A stretch of 64,000 nt of DNA from Asterias rubens (Eukaryota), in the NCBI RefSeq assembly GCF_902459465.1, contig NC_047079.1, positions 6,386,001 to 6,450,000 on the forward strand, given 5' to 3'. The position numbers and the translations under genes are program-made. A model generated the notes under the pieces. The model ran no database searches and was not told the origin of the DNA. It was given only the letters and a program-made list of their open reading frames with translations. Below are positions 1 to 13,000 of the stretch, piece after piece (position 1 is the first letter of the stretch; every line of letters starts with the position of its first letter).

Positions 1-380
1 CAACTCGAGATAAGACTAGTCTTAACTCTTTGTGAAATCCACCCCTGGAGCATTTCAAGGGCACCAAGGCAATGACCATGGGGCATGGATGCATTCACCT
101 TAGTTGCCTCCGTGAGCATTCCTGCAAAAAAAACAAAAAAACAACAACATCCAAATAACAATTGTGTCCTTGAGCAAAAACCAGATTGTTCACATCTTGT
201 AACCGACCATAATTTTATCACAGCATGCAAAAGGAAAGGTCACATTTTCCTTTGTGCGGTAACTCCTTGAAGCCGGGGTACCCTGCTGGGTGTTCAAGGC
301 ACAGTAAAAACCCGCCCCCCCCAAAAAAAAAAAAAAAAACAAGTTCTTAGACAGGTCATTATAATTTTTTGAACTCCTAC

Positions 381-3300
381 CCTGGCTGTGTGAAGGCTCC
401 CTGTAAGACTAACGCTGCGTGGTAAACACACTGTGACCTGGCAGAAGAGACTAGCCTCTTGAATTGTGTCTGACTGTAACGCTGTAAAAAACACACAGAC
501 AAAAATAACACAAATATTAGCCATTTAACTTGACACACTGTGACCTTGCAATTCAAGCCAAGAACAGAAAGTGCAATGACCTTTTCTAACAAAGTGTTTA
601 CTTTTCAGAGGCCGGTGCACTTTTTTCCATGCTGTAGTTTCAAAATTTGTGAACATTTGTTTTGATTATGCCCCGAGTTTTTCGTATGTGGTTATTTTTG
701 CTTTTTTATTTGGCAAATTTTACGAAGAGCTGATGACCAGTCTAATGTGTACCTTGGGCGAGGCACGCTCTTCGGCCATGACGCGCCGGTAAGACTGGAG
801 TAGATATGACAACATCTCTGATTCAGGATTCTCTGGTTCCCTGCCACACTGGTCCCCAGCACTACTGGGCTGTGGAGCCGGCTGCTGTGATGAACTGTGG
901 AAAAAAAAACACAGACGTTTTATCTAGGGTGTCGTGGCTGAATGTTGTCAAAATGCATGTCAAGTTATGGTGGGCCTCTAACTGGGCACGCATTGCCCCA
1001 TAAAAGCATACTGGACAGTATCGCGAAGGAAATCTGGCTACCAAAATGGCGGAACCAAGATCTATCCTGTGATGGTTTCAGGTGATCTGCGCCCACACAG
1101 AAGAATTTTATGAAATATGCTTGAGTTTCAAAAATATTTTTATTAAAAAAATTTTTTTTAATTTTTTTAAATTTTTTTTTATTTAATTTTTTATTTATTT
1201 CATTTTTCGGGTGAGGGTTAAAAAAAAAAACAGATTTCCTTTTAAAAACATGACATCCCTGTATTACCTTTGTGGGGAGTGGCCCCCTGTGGATGCTGCT
1301 GACACTGTAGATGAGCTTGCGGAGAGATTCGCAAACGGGTTACCGGTGCACGCATGTTGCGTTAGCACCTCCATCATCACTTGACCAATCAGGTCCTCCG
1401 TGTTGGAAAATACTTCGCGAGAAGAGAAATTAGGGAAGAACGCTTTTAGTACATTGTTGTAGAACAAGTAAACGCCACAACATTCTTACACTTGATCTTT
1501 GAGATTCCGGGCATCCAAACATTTATATAATATTTACTGTATTTAATCTGACAAGCAAAGTATAGACTCACACGTGCCTTTCCAGTCTGCATCATCCAGT
1601 CAAAATCGTGCCAAAAACACACACAGAAGATTTGACTCCCAAAATGGAAATTGTAGATGCAAATTGTTCAAAGGTGCGTTCCACTTCGTATAAGGGGGGG
1701 GGGGGGGGTGCTACAGAAATCAATAGACCCCAAGCATAACATGAAACCCTACAGGTACGCTGAGGTCTCTCGCGTGTTTTTACGCACAACCAGCTACTGC
1801 CCAATGATACTGCCCGCCTTCTTTTGGCCTCAGGGATGGCGCTTTTTGAGACATCATATGCAAGGGGTCTAAACTCTAAGAAGCAGCAATGTTTCACCTT
1901 GTTCAGGCTCTTCGGCGAACTCAGTGGCCAGCCCGGCCAAGTATACCACGTCTCTTCCTTGTTCTTTCCACGATACGCGAAAGATGCGAGACACCATCTG
2001 TAAGAGATCGGCTTCACTCAGTGTCTTCTGGGAAGGTTCCTGGTGAACGGAATCCGGATTTAACTTATTACAGGATTAACAGATAAACTTATTCCAGATA
2101 TATTTGTACACCTAAATTTCCTTGCAACCACAAAGAGATAGAAATTTGCATCGGAAAAACAAAGAACATAATTTTTGTTTTGTTTTTACCCGAAAATCAT
2201 AGGCATATTACTCGGTTGGATTCGAATAAGCCTTTGATTTCAATCATAGAGCGCGGAGACTGAGTATACAGTGCTATTAACACACATCGATGAATTAAAT
2301 AAATTTCTTGAAATAAAAATGAAATGAAATGAATCAAAAAAAGAAAAGACTTTACAAAAATAATTATGTTAAAAAAAAAGCACTAAAAGGCAGTGGACAC
2401 TATTGGTAACTACTCAAAATAATGATTAGCATAAAACCTTCCTTGGTAACGAGTAATGGGGGAGGTTGATAGTATAAAACATTGTGAGAAACGGCTCCCT
2501 CTGATGAAGTAGCGTAGTTTTTGAGAAAGAAGTTTTTTTTCTACGAATTTGATTTTGAGACCTCAGATTTAGAATTTGAGGTCTCAAAATCAAGCATATA
2601 AAAGCAAACAACTTCGTGTGACAGGGGAGTTTTTTCTTTCATTATTATCTCTCAACTTTGACGACCGATTGAGCTCAAATTTTCACTAGTTTGTTATTTT
2701 ATGCATATGTTGAGATACAGCAAGTGAGAAGACTGGTCTTTGACAATTACCGATAGTGTCCAGTGTCTTTAAGTCTCAATTGTACAGTCTATTGTTTGTT
2801 TTTAAATCTTACCTTTTCAGCAGACAATTTCTTTACTTTCTTGTCCGTTTCTTCCAGCTCCGGGTTCTCGATCCCTGAGTCCACGTCCATCTGGGATTGG
2901 CTTCTTTCAGGAAAAATACAGGAGAAAAAGGAGGTGATTTTTCCAATCATATTTGTATTCTGTTTTTTTTTTTGCTCCTGGAATAAAAATCTAACAACAC
3001 AAAATCGTTTCACTCCTGGTTGGTGATGAATGTTGTCTTTAAATGTCGAATGAGACACACAAGAGTCGACGTTTTATTGCGATGACCATAAGGATATTCA
3101 CTTCTATCAACAGAACCAGTAGCCCGCACTATTAAAAATTGTTTAGAACTGAGTATTTGCCAGACAGCAAAGTAAGTAGATTACGGTAGACTGCAAAGCT
3201 CTCCGAGTTGGGATAAGAAGTATGGGACAATCTGACCATCACAGTTGTCAGGTCTTCCAACTGTTTCAAACTTTCAAACTAAAGAATCGATGACGACAAC

Positions 3301-5740
3301 TCAATAATTCTAGCCCCAGCGATCTCAACCATTTCCTGGTTGCTTTCACGTAGAAACAAAACCTAGTTTATTGAAAAATAGAATTCTGATAAGGATGACT
3401 TTAAAAAATATGATCGCTTGATTTCTGTTTTACTTTTATTTCACCCATGGGTATCAAATCCCTGGCGACCATATAAGGTACTTGTTTACTGTTTTTGGTT
3501 AGAACCAATATCAACAGAAACAAAAAGTGGTTAACTTTCTTTTCATTGCCCCTGGGCACTGAATCACTGAACGAGGAAATTGCGCAAAATCACAAGACAA
3601 GATCCTTTAAAGGATTTGGGTACTTTCTGCAACACAAAACACAATGTTCACAGATTTACATTAAACTTACACTGTTTGAAGATAAGGCTAGTAGAATGCT
3701 AGCTGAGGTACTATAGTTTTTGAGAAATAATTTTTATGCTAACAATTATTTTGAGTAATTACCATATAGTGTCCAGTGCCTTTAAAAGGTTCATTAAAAT
3801 CCTTGAAAAATGTTGCCAGAGTAGGAAGGTCAGTCCTTTTGGTGATATTATATCTCACCATCTTTACCTTTCCAAGAAACCATTGCATTTTCTGATCTGT
3901 TATGATTCTGGGTTTTACTTTCGAGGAAAGTGAAGCGGTGAGTTTCCTGTTGGCTTAACCAAACAGGGCCCAATTTCATACAGCTGTTAAGCAGATAATA
4001 CTGCTCGCCAAATTTCTTTGCTTAGCAAAAATTGAGTGGGACACCAGTCACAACAATGTAAACTTAGTGTAAATTTGACTGGTAACCCATTTCTATTAAG
4101 CAATATTTTTCTTTGCTTAGCAAGTTTTTTGTACTTACAGGCTCTATGAAATTTGGCCGAGGATGTAGCCTATACAAATCATTTGCTTTTGTATCCCCCT
4201 CCCACCTTCTCACGAAATTTTCATTGTATCTTGCTTAAAACAGCTTACCCCTGGTCACATGACTCTGAATCCATCTCCATACTAGCTGGAAATCCCGAGT
4301 CCAGACTGTCGTGAACATTGAGGGCGCTCTCCATTGATTCAGCCGCCTGACTTTGACTGCTCTGTGATTCGTCTTCAGCCATTCAAATAGAAATGCAATA
4401 GAACAAATATTACAAGACGTGGCATTTGATTGTTTCTGTTTAAAAAACAAACAATGGGAGACTTTGGATCGCTAGGTGGCAGCAGACTTACCAGGTAAAT
4501 TTCCATTGTTGAGGTAGTTCGGAGCATGCGCACCTTCCCGAGAACAACAGATTTTACCTGGTAAGTCTGCTGGTACCAAGGGTCCCAAAAGTCCCCTTTT
4601 ACCCTTTATACTTGTAGATCTATGTAAGTTTTTAAATATGTGGAATTAACACACATTTATTTCAAACGGCACTTTGGAGTTGTGAAAATAAAGCAAGACA
4701 AAAATTAACATTGGGAGGAATGACTAGGTTTGTATACCTGTTTCCATGCCACTGAGTCTTGGCTTTTCCAAGACACTATCGGCTTCTTGTGGTTTGGGTG
4801 CCTCAGGGATCCGTTCTTGGACCATTTCTTTGCTATCTGCATTATTTGGTTTAACTGAGGACCCACAGGGCTCACTGGCCAGATCGATGCCGGCTTGTGG
4901 AGTTTTTGAAGTGGCCGCCGAGCGGCCATCAAGCCGGGCTAGACGCCTTCTACGAATCTGGAGAAAAAAATACAAATTCCTTCCGAGGTTACAAAAAGTT
5001 AGTATCAGCATGCAGAGCAAAACTTGTTATCACTGCAATGTTTACAATGATTTATTGTTCGAATCGAGTCATGACCACACAAAAGCAGGTAATAAAATTA
5101 AGGGGGGAAAAAGTAAGAAAAAACTAGAAAATATAGAATTGACAGTGTGACTGTGTGGTTAGCAAGAAAAGTAGAGGCCATACAAGCATGTGGATTCATC
5201 ATAAATTATAAATAAGTAATTGATTCATTTTCAGCGAAGTCCAACCTGGGCTAGGCAGCGCTATGGAAACAGACACAAAATCGGCAGTTAAGCTGCTCTA
5301 TAAAATGTGATCAATGCCTGATAACATCAGCAGTTTAGTTTAGTTTTTTACTTTTCCTTTTTTCCCGAAACAATACAACACAAATTTGTTTTGTTTATCA
5401 AATAAAGATAGATTTGAATAGAATTTTTAGGAGGAAGATCGTCGGATGTTGCTTTTTTTCAATGGTCAAAATCACTGCACAAAAGGAAGGAACATGACTC
5501 GTTCATGTTATCTGTAACCCCTTTATGTTGAAACCGCAAACTTCCTTTCTAAAGGAAAACACAACAAATAGTTGGTGTGTGAGAATGGATCAAAAGTGTC
5601 TGAGTCATGCACCGCCACGGTTGGTCGGCACTGCCGGCCGATCAAGTCAGCGGTGCAGGATGAAAAAATAAAACCCGTAATTTGTTTATTTCATTACAAA
5701 TTAAACAAAATAATACCTCATCTGGAGTAAGCTCACTCAT
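381..5740 (-). CDS. UBE4B: Ubiquitin conjugation factor E4 B (Ufd2 orthologue), 5' part; gene continues past the left edge
   Basis: Coding exons (minus): 5717-5740, 4738-4957, 4249-4372, 2813-2903, 1898-2039, 1268-1412, 753-894, 381-481. All junctions are GT-AG with matching phases. Protein starts MSELTPDE|IRRRRLARL (VCP-binding motif) and includes MDVDSGIEN, RIFRVSWKE, EDLIGQVMMEVL..NPFANL, EMLSYLLQSYRRV and RSQCVYHAALVLQG, all matching vertebrate UBE4B as I recall it. Confidence 0.95.
2384..2772. mobile_element. TTAA-type (Kolobok/T2-like) MITE, family A
   Basis: Termini TAAAAGGCAGTGGACACTATTGGTAA and TTACCGATAGTGTCCAGTGTCTTTAA. Related copies at 19205-19435 (inverted, partial), 46038-46160 and 57600-57928. 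Confidence 0.85.
3607..3785. mobile_element. Chimeric MITE with family B left arm and family A end
   Basis: 3607-3727 matches the left arm of 53921-54282; 3728-3785 is the reverse complement of the family A terminus. Confidence 0.75.
4452..4596. mobile_element. MITE family D
   Basis: Same TIRs as 31075-31223; right end decayed. Confidence 0.8.
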
Positions 5741-6124
5741 ACTTGTTGCTCACAGTAAACTTAAGGGATAAATCGGTTACATACAAAACGGGAACGAGAG
5801 AAAAAACTTCCTGAGAAATAAAGAAGATAGTGTTGTTTCTTGACGATCACAGGGCGGCCATGTTTACTGTGACTGTGCGTGTGACGTCGAACGTTATTTG
5901 CGCCTGCGCGGTCACGGACTGGTGTATCTATTTTTAGACAAAATCAAGTTTGATCTCGTGTGTACACACCCATTGGTCAATAGAGGGCGTTCATCATGTA
6001 AATAATAAGGCGCTTCACACGAAATTCAACAACAAGGACATCATTTGGTCATCATTTTGGGGGATTTTTTAAGTTGAGCAGTGGCAAAATAAGAGCTGGA
6101 GGTCGTCTATTTTTATCAGGATAG
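5741..6124. promoter_or_regulatory. Putative bidirectional promoter and 5' UTRs of UBE4B and MANBA
   Basis: Lies between the UBE4B ATG (5740, minus) and a plus-strand donor AG|GTAAGG at 6124/6125. CpG-rich, with YY1-like GGCGGCCATGTT 5853-5864, CRE-like TGACGTCG 5882-5889, NRF1-like TGCGCCTGCGCG 5899-5910 and inverted CCAAT (ATTGG) 5972-5976. Confidence 0.6.
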
Positions 6125-6129
6125 GTAAG

Positions 6130-6261
6130 GGAAAAGTTTCCGTATGGCGCCACCACTTTTTCATACGATATGAAATAATACAGTATCTAGTTTACCTCAA
6201 TAAGATATCCCTTTTTGTAAGAAATTGTGAAAAAGTGGTGGCGCCATACGGAAAGTTATCC
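6130..6261. mobile_element. MITE family E
   Basis: TIR TTCCGTATGGCGCCACCACTTTTTCA; other copies at 6798-6929, 18654-18751 and 41343-41483. Confidence 0.88.
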
Positions 6262-6797
6262 CTGAGTGCATCTTACTCTATGCTGAGTGTGACGGAGAGC
6301 AGAGAGAGTCAGATCAGAGTGCATGCATGATTTTGTGAATTCACTGAATTGAAAGTATTGTTGTATGATATGAACTTGCCCCCACAGCACATCCACATCA
6401 TGCACAAGGTTTATCGCGAATAGCAAAATATCAAGAGAGGGCACTGTTGAACCCACACAAAGATATGGGCGATGCATGCGCGAGTCGTGCATGACAACGT
6501 CAACATACACCGCATAGCAAACTGCCCCATATGCCTTCCCACAACGCATTGCAGTTCTGAATCGCGCTAAACCTTATGAATATGATAATGTTCATTTCAT
6601 TCCATTTTTATTTTGCCTTTTTGGGTCCAATCTCCAATTTATTTATTTATTTTTGTATTATGACCTACTCCCAGAACTATGATGAGCTAGCTATGTTCGC
6701 TATCTTCGCCCGTCTCTACGAACGACGATAGCGGAACAAACCTCATATATACCGCCCAACTTTTTGCTTGCACCTTGTACAATAAAATGCACTGCAA

Positions 6798-6929
6798 GGA
6801 AAAGTTTCCGTATGGCGCCACCACTTTTTCATTCGATATGAAATAATATTGTATTTAATTAACCTCAATGAGATATCCCTTTTTGTAAAAATGAGTGAAA
6901 AAGTGGTGGCGCCATACGGAAAGTTACCC
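6798..6929. mobile_element. MITE family E
   Basis: Near-identical to 6130-6261. Confidence 0.88.
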
Positions 6930-7099
6930 AAAAAGGATGCCAAGTACCGGTAAAAGGAGAAGAAGTAACTAGTTCTACGGTACAAGTAATTATGACCAAT
7001 CTTTTTTAACTTAATAAAGTTAATTTCTTTCTTTCTAGGCTAGCATTGAATGAAAGGGTCATACATAGTTGTGCACTACACCGTCAACAAGCATCCGCA

Positions 7100-10000
7100 A
7101 TGCGTCTCAAGTACCTTGGATTGATTATTGTACATTTAGTCATTTCTACCAGAGCAGAAGTTAAAGTTGACCTTGGCGGACTTTGGGCACTTACAAATGC
7201 AAATAGAAGTAAGTCTAAGTGTTCTTCAACATTGTTGAATGGTGGTCAGGTTGATGAAGTGACTTGTGCCTCGCCTTCCATCTCTGGGACCCTGGTTTGA
7301 ATCCCTCCGGGGCACTATAGATTGGGTTTTTAGTCCCTACTTGACTATTTTGGTTTTCCCTGGAATAATTCTCTGGGGTTTTCCTCCAACATCTAAAACT
7401 GAAATTACTTCATTGTCTTCTCCCTATTCGTTTGGCTCTAATTATTAAGAGCGTTGAAAATATATCAAAATCACAAATGTATTGGTGGGGCTAGACTTGT
7501 GGACAAGTCGTTAATGGCCTGACGCGGTGAGATAGTCAAGTTGTGGCGGTGCCAGCAGTCTCGCGAGAAAATCGCGGGAATCGCGGGGAGATTCGGAAAA
7601 AAATCGGAACGCTATCACCGCGACAGACATTTAACAACTTGTCCACAAGTCTATGGTGGGACCAGCTTGAGAAGGTCTTCGAGGTCAAGTTAAATTTTGT
7701 GATGCGTTTATTTCCTACCATGCGTACCCCCGTATAAACTAATGTGCATCCACCTTGATTGCAGGTATTTCAATACCGGCCACTGTACCTGGCGGTGTCT
7801 ACACAGCCTTGCAGTCAGCGGGTATAATTAACGACCCCTATACAGAGTACAATGATGTCTTGTACCGCTGGGTGGCCTACGACAATTGGATTTACACTCG
7901 CACATTCAGCGGTAAGATTTGAAAAAAGTAAACATCTGAAAAGGAAGAAATATTGAGTATTACAAACAAGTGTTAGTTGTACAGTATCTAGTAGCCCAGA
8001 GGGTACAATTCGAGGCTGAGGTCGACCTAAGCTGCGCTGGATAGAGAATGTGACAAAGTGGAGTGGTAGAAGCGTAGGAGAGCTGATAAGAGCAGGAGTT
8101 CACCCCCATTACAATTTGAGGACGAGGCGGCCACAGAATTTGTTATCTTTAGTTTTATAATGTGATTGTGTATGTTTACTTTTAAATATGCTTATTTGTT
8201 TCAAATGGAAACCAGTTTTTTACTGATTTGGCGGCTCTGCCTGGGTAAATAAAGGAAATGAATAAACCAATAAATAAATAAATAAATGGACGCAATTGCC
8301 GACTGATGATGAGGGAAAATTGAGAAGTGGTGTTTACAGCAGTTTTTACTGAACAATGTAAGTCAGGCTAGTGTTAAACGTGACTGAGACATGAGTAACA
8401 TCGTCGTTATTATTACATTTCCTTCTAATTTGTTTCCCTTATATTATCAGTAACGTCAAAGCAGCTCACTCCAAAGAATGTCCGTCTCATCTGTGAGGGC
8501 CTGGACACCATCTCTCTTATCACAGTCAATGGCAAGACGATTGGCAGATCCAAGAACATGTTCATCCGCTACGAGTTTGACTTGAAGGGTGTGCTCAAGG
8601 TTTGTAGCTTCTGACACCACACGCCTAACTGAACAATCAACCATCAGAACACTCTCATCTGTTCACAATCGGACTTTCACCTTTGTTGCTCCCCAAATGT
8701 GGAGCAACCTCCCAGTATTCATTAGAAATTGTAACTCTTTGCCAATTTTCAAGAAATCTCTTAAAACTTATCTGTATCAAATTTAATATTATGTGTTTGT
8801 ATAGTTCCATTAGCCTTTTTGAGGTATGGTGGACACTATAGGAGTGCACTGTTTGGTTTGGGTGTATACACGTACACACAAATTTACCCAAACCTTACAG
8901 TGTTGTAGCATTGTGTCCACCATGGCTTATTGATTTGCTCACTTTATAGCACATCGATCTTGTCGAAGAGGCACTTTGTAAATGTTCTGTTGTTTGTATG
9001 TATGTGTTCTTTGAAGCCGTCGAAGCAGGGGACGAGTTCTGTAATAAGTGGTTGTGTAACGTCAGGGAGGGTGGTTCTTGAAGATAAAGTTTGAAGATGA
9101 GAAAGCTACGTCAAGAAGTCTTCCCTGATACGTCAAGTGTTTCAGCTTGCTGACTACCGACCTTCGTCAGGTTGTGTCAGTCTTTTGTCACATAGCCTTA
9201 ACAAGAAGCTGACTACTTCAATTTGAATCTGAGAGGTGTTACTGACAGTAACATCTCTGGCCATTCTTTCCCTCCCCCTTCAGGAAGGAAACAACACAAT
9301 ATCCATCGCCTTCCAATCTGCAATCACCTACGCTCTCGACAAATGGAAAGCCCACAAAGCGTACGACATTCCCCCCGACTGCCCGCCAGATGTCCAGCAT
9401 GGCATTTGCCATCCAAATTTCATCCGTAAGGAGCAGTCGTCCTTTGCATGGGACTGGGGGCCTGGGTTTGCTTCTCAGGGTATTTGGTGAGTTGGTTCGG
9501 ATCCCATTTTCACTGGTTCGTGTTTTTTTATGGGTATTAGCGGGTTTTTTTTGGTGTAAAAGCATTTTGGTTGTGTAACGGCCTGAAAAAATTGAATGAT
9601 CCTGGACCATTTTATTTATCTTTTTTGAACAGCGAATTCTTTTTAATTAGTTGCAAAAACCTTTTTTAATCTTTTGTTCAGGAAAGATATCCGTATCGAA
9701 ACATTTGACTGTGCAGTCATCAGAGACGTTGTTGCCACAGCAATTCCTTTCACTGGTGAGTTTTTTAAACATTGAGATTATCATTCTGGGAAAAAAAATC
9801 AATGCAGATATGAAGGTGTTGTGCACAAACACATTGGGGCCGAAGGTTGTGTTTGGTTGTAGCCAAGTATTGTTTATTACAGTGTTTGGTATAGCGGCGT
9901 TCTACTGCCAGGCCTGTATGCTTCGTTTTTGAGAGGGGCAAGCGCGGGCACCAGGCATCTTCTCCTTGAGGGTGTATTTCAAGGGCCTGAAGGCAATGAC

Positions 10001-13000
10001 CTTTGTTGCATCTGTGAAGTATCAGGCCTGTTATAACGATAACAAAAACATATCATGGTTTGCACAAATGTTACCTCTAAAACAGTTTCCGCAGACATTG
10101 ACGATTTTGGGGGAGATTTCAATTTTTTTTTGAGATTTCAATTGGACACAGCTTTTTTTACGGTTGTCTCAAAATAATTTTGTGTCTATTTCCAGATTTA
10201 CATTTGACGCCCTGGTCTATCAAAGTGACAGCCTTCTTTGAGCTTGGCGCTTCCGTCTCTTGTCCAGGAATCTTACAGGCTGTCTTCAAAGTCTTGAATG
10301 TCAGCCATTCTGAAACGGTCAAGCTGACCAAACAGAATACCAACTTCTCCATGAAGTTTCAAGTTCCAAAGGTATAAATGCACACACTCGCTCACAAGTG
10401 TGTATACGCCTGCAACTGTGCACCTCCTATTGTCCCTCTTTTATTAAAGATGCTATGTCAGATTTTTGGCCCCAAACATTAAAAAATAGATTTTTTTGAG
10501 TGAATGGTATTTCAAAGAGTATCACCCGCTCTAATGAAAAAAAGTTTAACTTTTACTTTTAATGGTCAGGAACCATGACAAAAATTTAAAACGTTTCTTA
10601 TAAAACACATAAGAATTGGTCACGTGATATATTGTCGGGATCCCAACAAAAACTAATTTTGAGCACTTTATTTCACTGCTACCAATAATTGGCGGACTTT
10701 TTCGAGCAATGGCTCAAATGAAAGCTTGTAGCTTTCTCGACCCCCATCAAAACACCTATTGAATTTAAAATAAAAATTTTGGGGTCAAATCGGCCAAAAA
10801 TCTGACATAGCATCTTTAAAGTCACCTGGGTATAGAACCCTACCCAGTAACCCTATTCTTAATAAATGACTTCGTAAAAATGTTACCACTTGATCAGCAG
10901 CCCTATGATGTGGATTTGTTATACAGGCAAAGACATGGTGGCCTGCTGGCTTTGGGGATCAGCAGCTTTATCAACTGCAAGTCTCGTTGTCTAATGGAGG
11001 TAGATCATCTAATGATCAAGACTCGTCGATCAAATCACTGCTGTTTGGGTTCCGCCGTGTAGAACTTGTTGAGAAGAGTGTAACTGATATTAAAAATGAG
11101 ACTGCAGGTAAGTCATTGAGATAACAAAAGGTGTGAGGATAAATTCAATTCATTCAACATTTATTTCTATATTGGTGAAAGAAGGGAGAATAATTAACAA
11201 ATTAAATACAATTATTTAAGTCAAAGACAGTCAAGAATAGATCAAGAAATAATTAATAAAAATTAAATGAAAAAGTATAATGTAATGGATACGAAGCAAT
11301 GGCGAACAATTTGGCTTACAGTAATCAGTTGTGTGAAGCCTGGTTCATACTTCATGCAAATGTTGCGAGCAAAGTGAATTTCCTTGCGGCACAATTGGAA
11401 AGAGAGCGCGTACCAGTTATTGCGTCACCAAAATTGGCATTCGCCTTTGCAGGAAGTATGAACCAGGCTTTAGTCAGGAGAAAATAGTGAAAAACCAATA
11501 AAATTTGCTTTGGAATTCCAAACAGGTCTGTCGTTCTTCTTCAACATCAACAATCAACGCACTTTCATCAAAGGGGCCAACTGGATCCCCGCAGATGCAT
11601 TCCAGGAGCGCGTGTCTCGCCCGCGGCTGGAGCGTCTTCTACAGTCTCTTGTAGACGCTAACATGCACGCCACCAGGGTGTGGGGAGGCGGTGTGTACGA
11701 GCAGGACGCCTTCTATGAAATCTGCGATGCGCTGGGTATCGTGGTGTGGCAGGACTTCATGTTTGCCTGCGCTATGTATCCGGTGGATGAAGAGTTTCTT
11801 AGCAGTGTGAAGTCGGAGGTCATTCAGCAGGTATAAAGTTCAAAACATAGTTTGTAAAAACATGCTTAGCGTCCCCGCTTGCTTTCTTTTTAGAGGCAGC
11901 CTCCATTTTTTTCTTTTTTTTTTCAAACCAAAAGAAAGGATACCTTTTAACGATCTAAGATGAAAAAAATAATTTTTTTGAAAAATAGCCCAGCCGGTTG
12001 TCTTTAAAAAAATTTAGGCTAGCCATAAAAAAAAAAAGAAAAAAAAAAGAAAACCTCCTTCCATTTTTCAAAAAGGCAGGACACTTATAATAATTTTGAT
12101 AATTTTCTCAAACGAATTCTTTTTGCAGACAAGACGTCTTGCGAGTCATCCTTCCATTATTGCATGGAGCGCTAATAATGAAAACGAAGTCGCCCTCAGA
12201 CAAAACTGGTATGTACCCTTTCTAAAATCATTGGCTATTACTGTAGATATTGGCCGATTCCAGTAATCTAGCCGTAGCCAATTTGACTTTTGGGCACTGA
12301 TAGGTGTAAGGGAGCGATATTCTCCTGTGTTATCTTTGTTTGTCTTCTGTTATCTAATTGATGGAAAAGTCAATAAATAATTCTTTGCAGGTATGGGACA
12401 GCCAATAATTTCTCGCTGTACCAGAAAGATTTTGTCACCCTGTACATCAACACAATCTTGGACGCTGTGAGAGAGAACTCTAAGTTGCCCGCTGTCAGTT
12501 CCAGTCCATCCAACGGGCCTGAGAGTGAAGCCGAAGGATGGGTCGCCCAGGACCCTACCGACCCTCATTATGGTGACGGTGAGGGCAAAATTAATATTTA
12601 ACGCAGGCCTGGGGGTAGATTTCATAGCGGCTGCCTAAGCAGAAAATATTCCCTAACAATTTTCTGCTTAGCAGAAATGAGCAGGATACCAGAAAAAGAC
12701 ATTTCCAAAACAACCCTGAAGACTTATCTTTGTTTTTACAAACATTTCAGTAACATTCCATAGACATTTGATGTTTTCATTTTTCTTGATCTTTGCACCC
12801 CTGGGAGACAACCAAGAGGGAACCAATGTTGGAAGTTGTGCTCCTACTCTATCGGTTCGGCACGACTCTAGGGTTCCGTCTGAATGCCCCTTATTTTTGA
12901 CCGCGCGAGGGCGCTATAAATAGTATTTTGATCACTTCCGGGGGTACACGCGATTCGCCCTGCACAAATTAATAGGCGTTCTGTCACTTTTGTTGCGCCG

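Noticed and set aside
99-121. Apparent next UBE4B exon (minus, good acceptor and donor)
   Set aside because: It has an in-frame TAA in the required phase and overlaps a family G repeat fragment.
862-1044. ORF with CPVC...H..H..C resembling a zinc finger
   Set aside because: It lies in a UBE4B intron and runs across the acceptor in a different frame from the real exon; chance motif.
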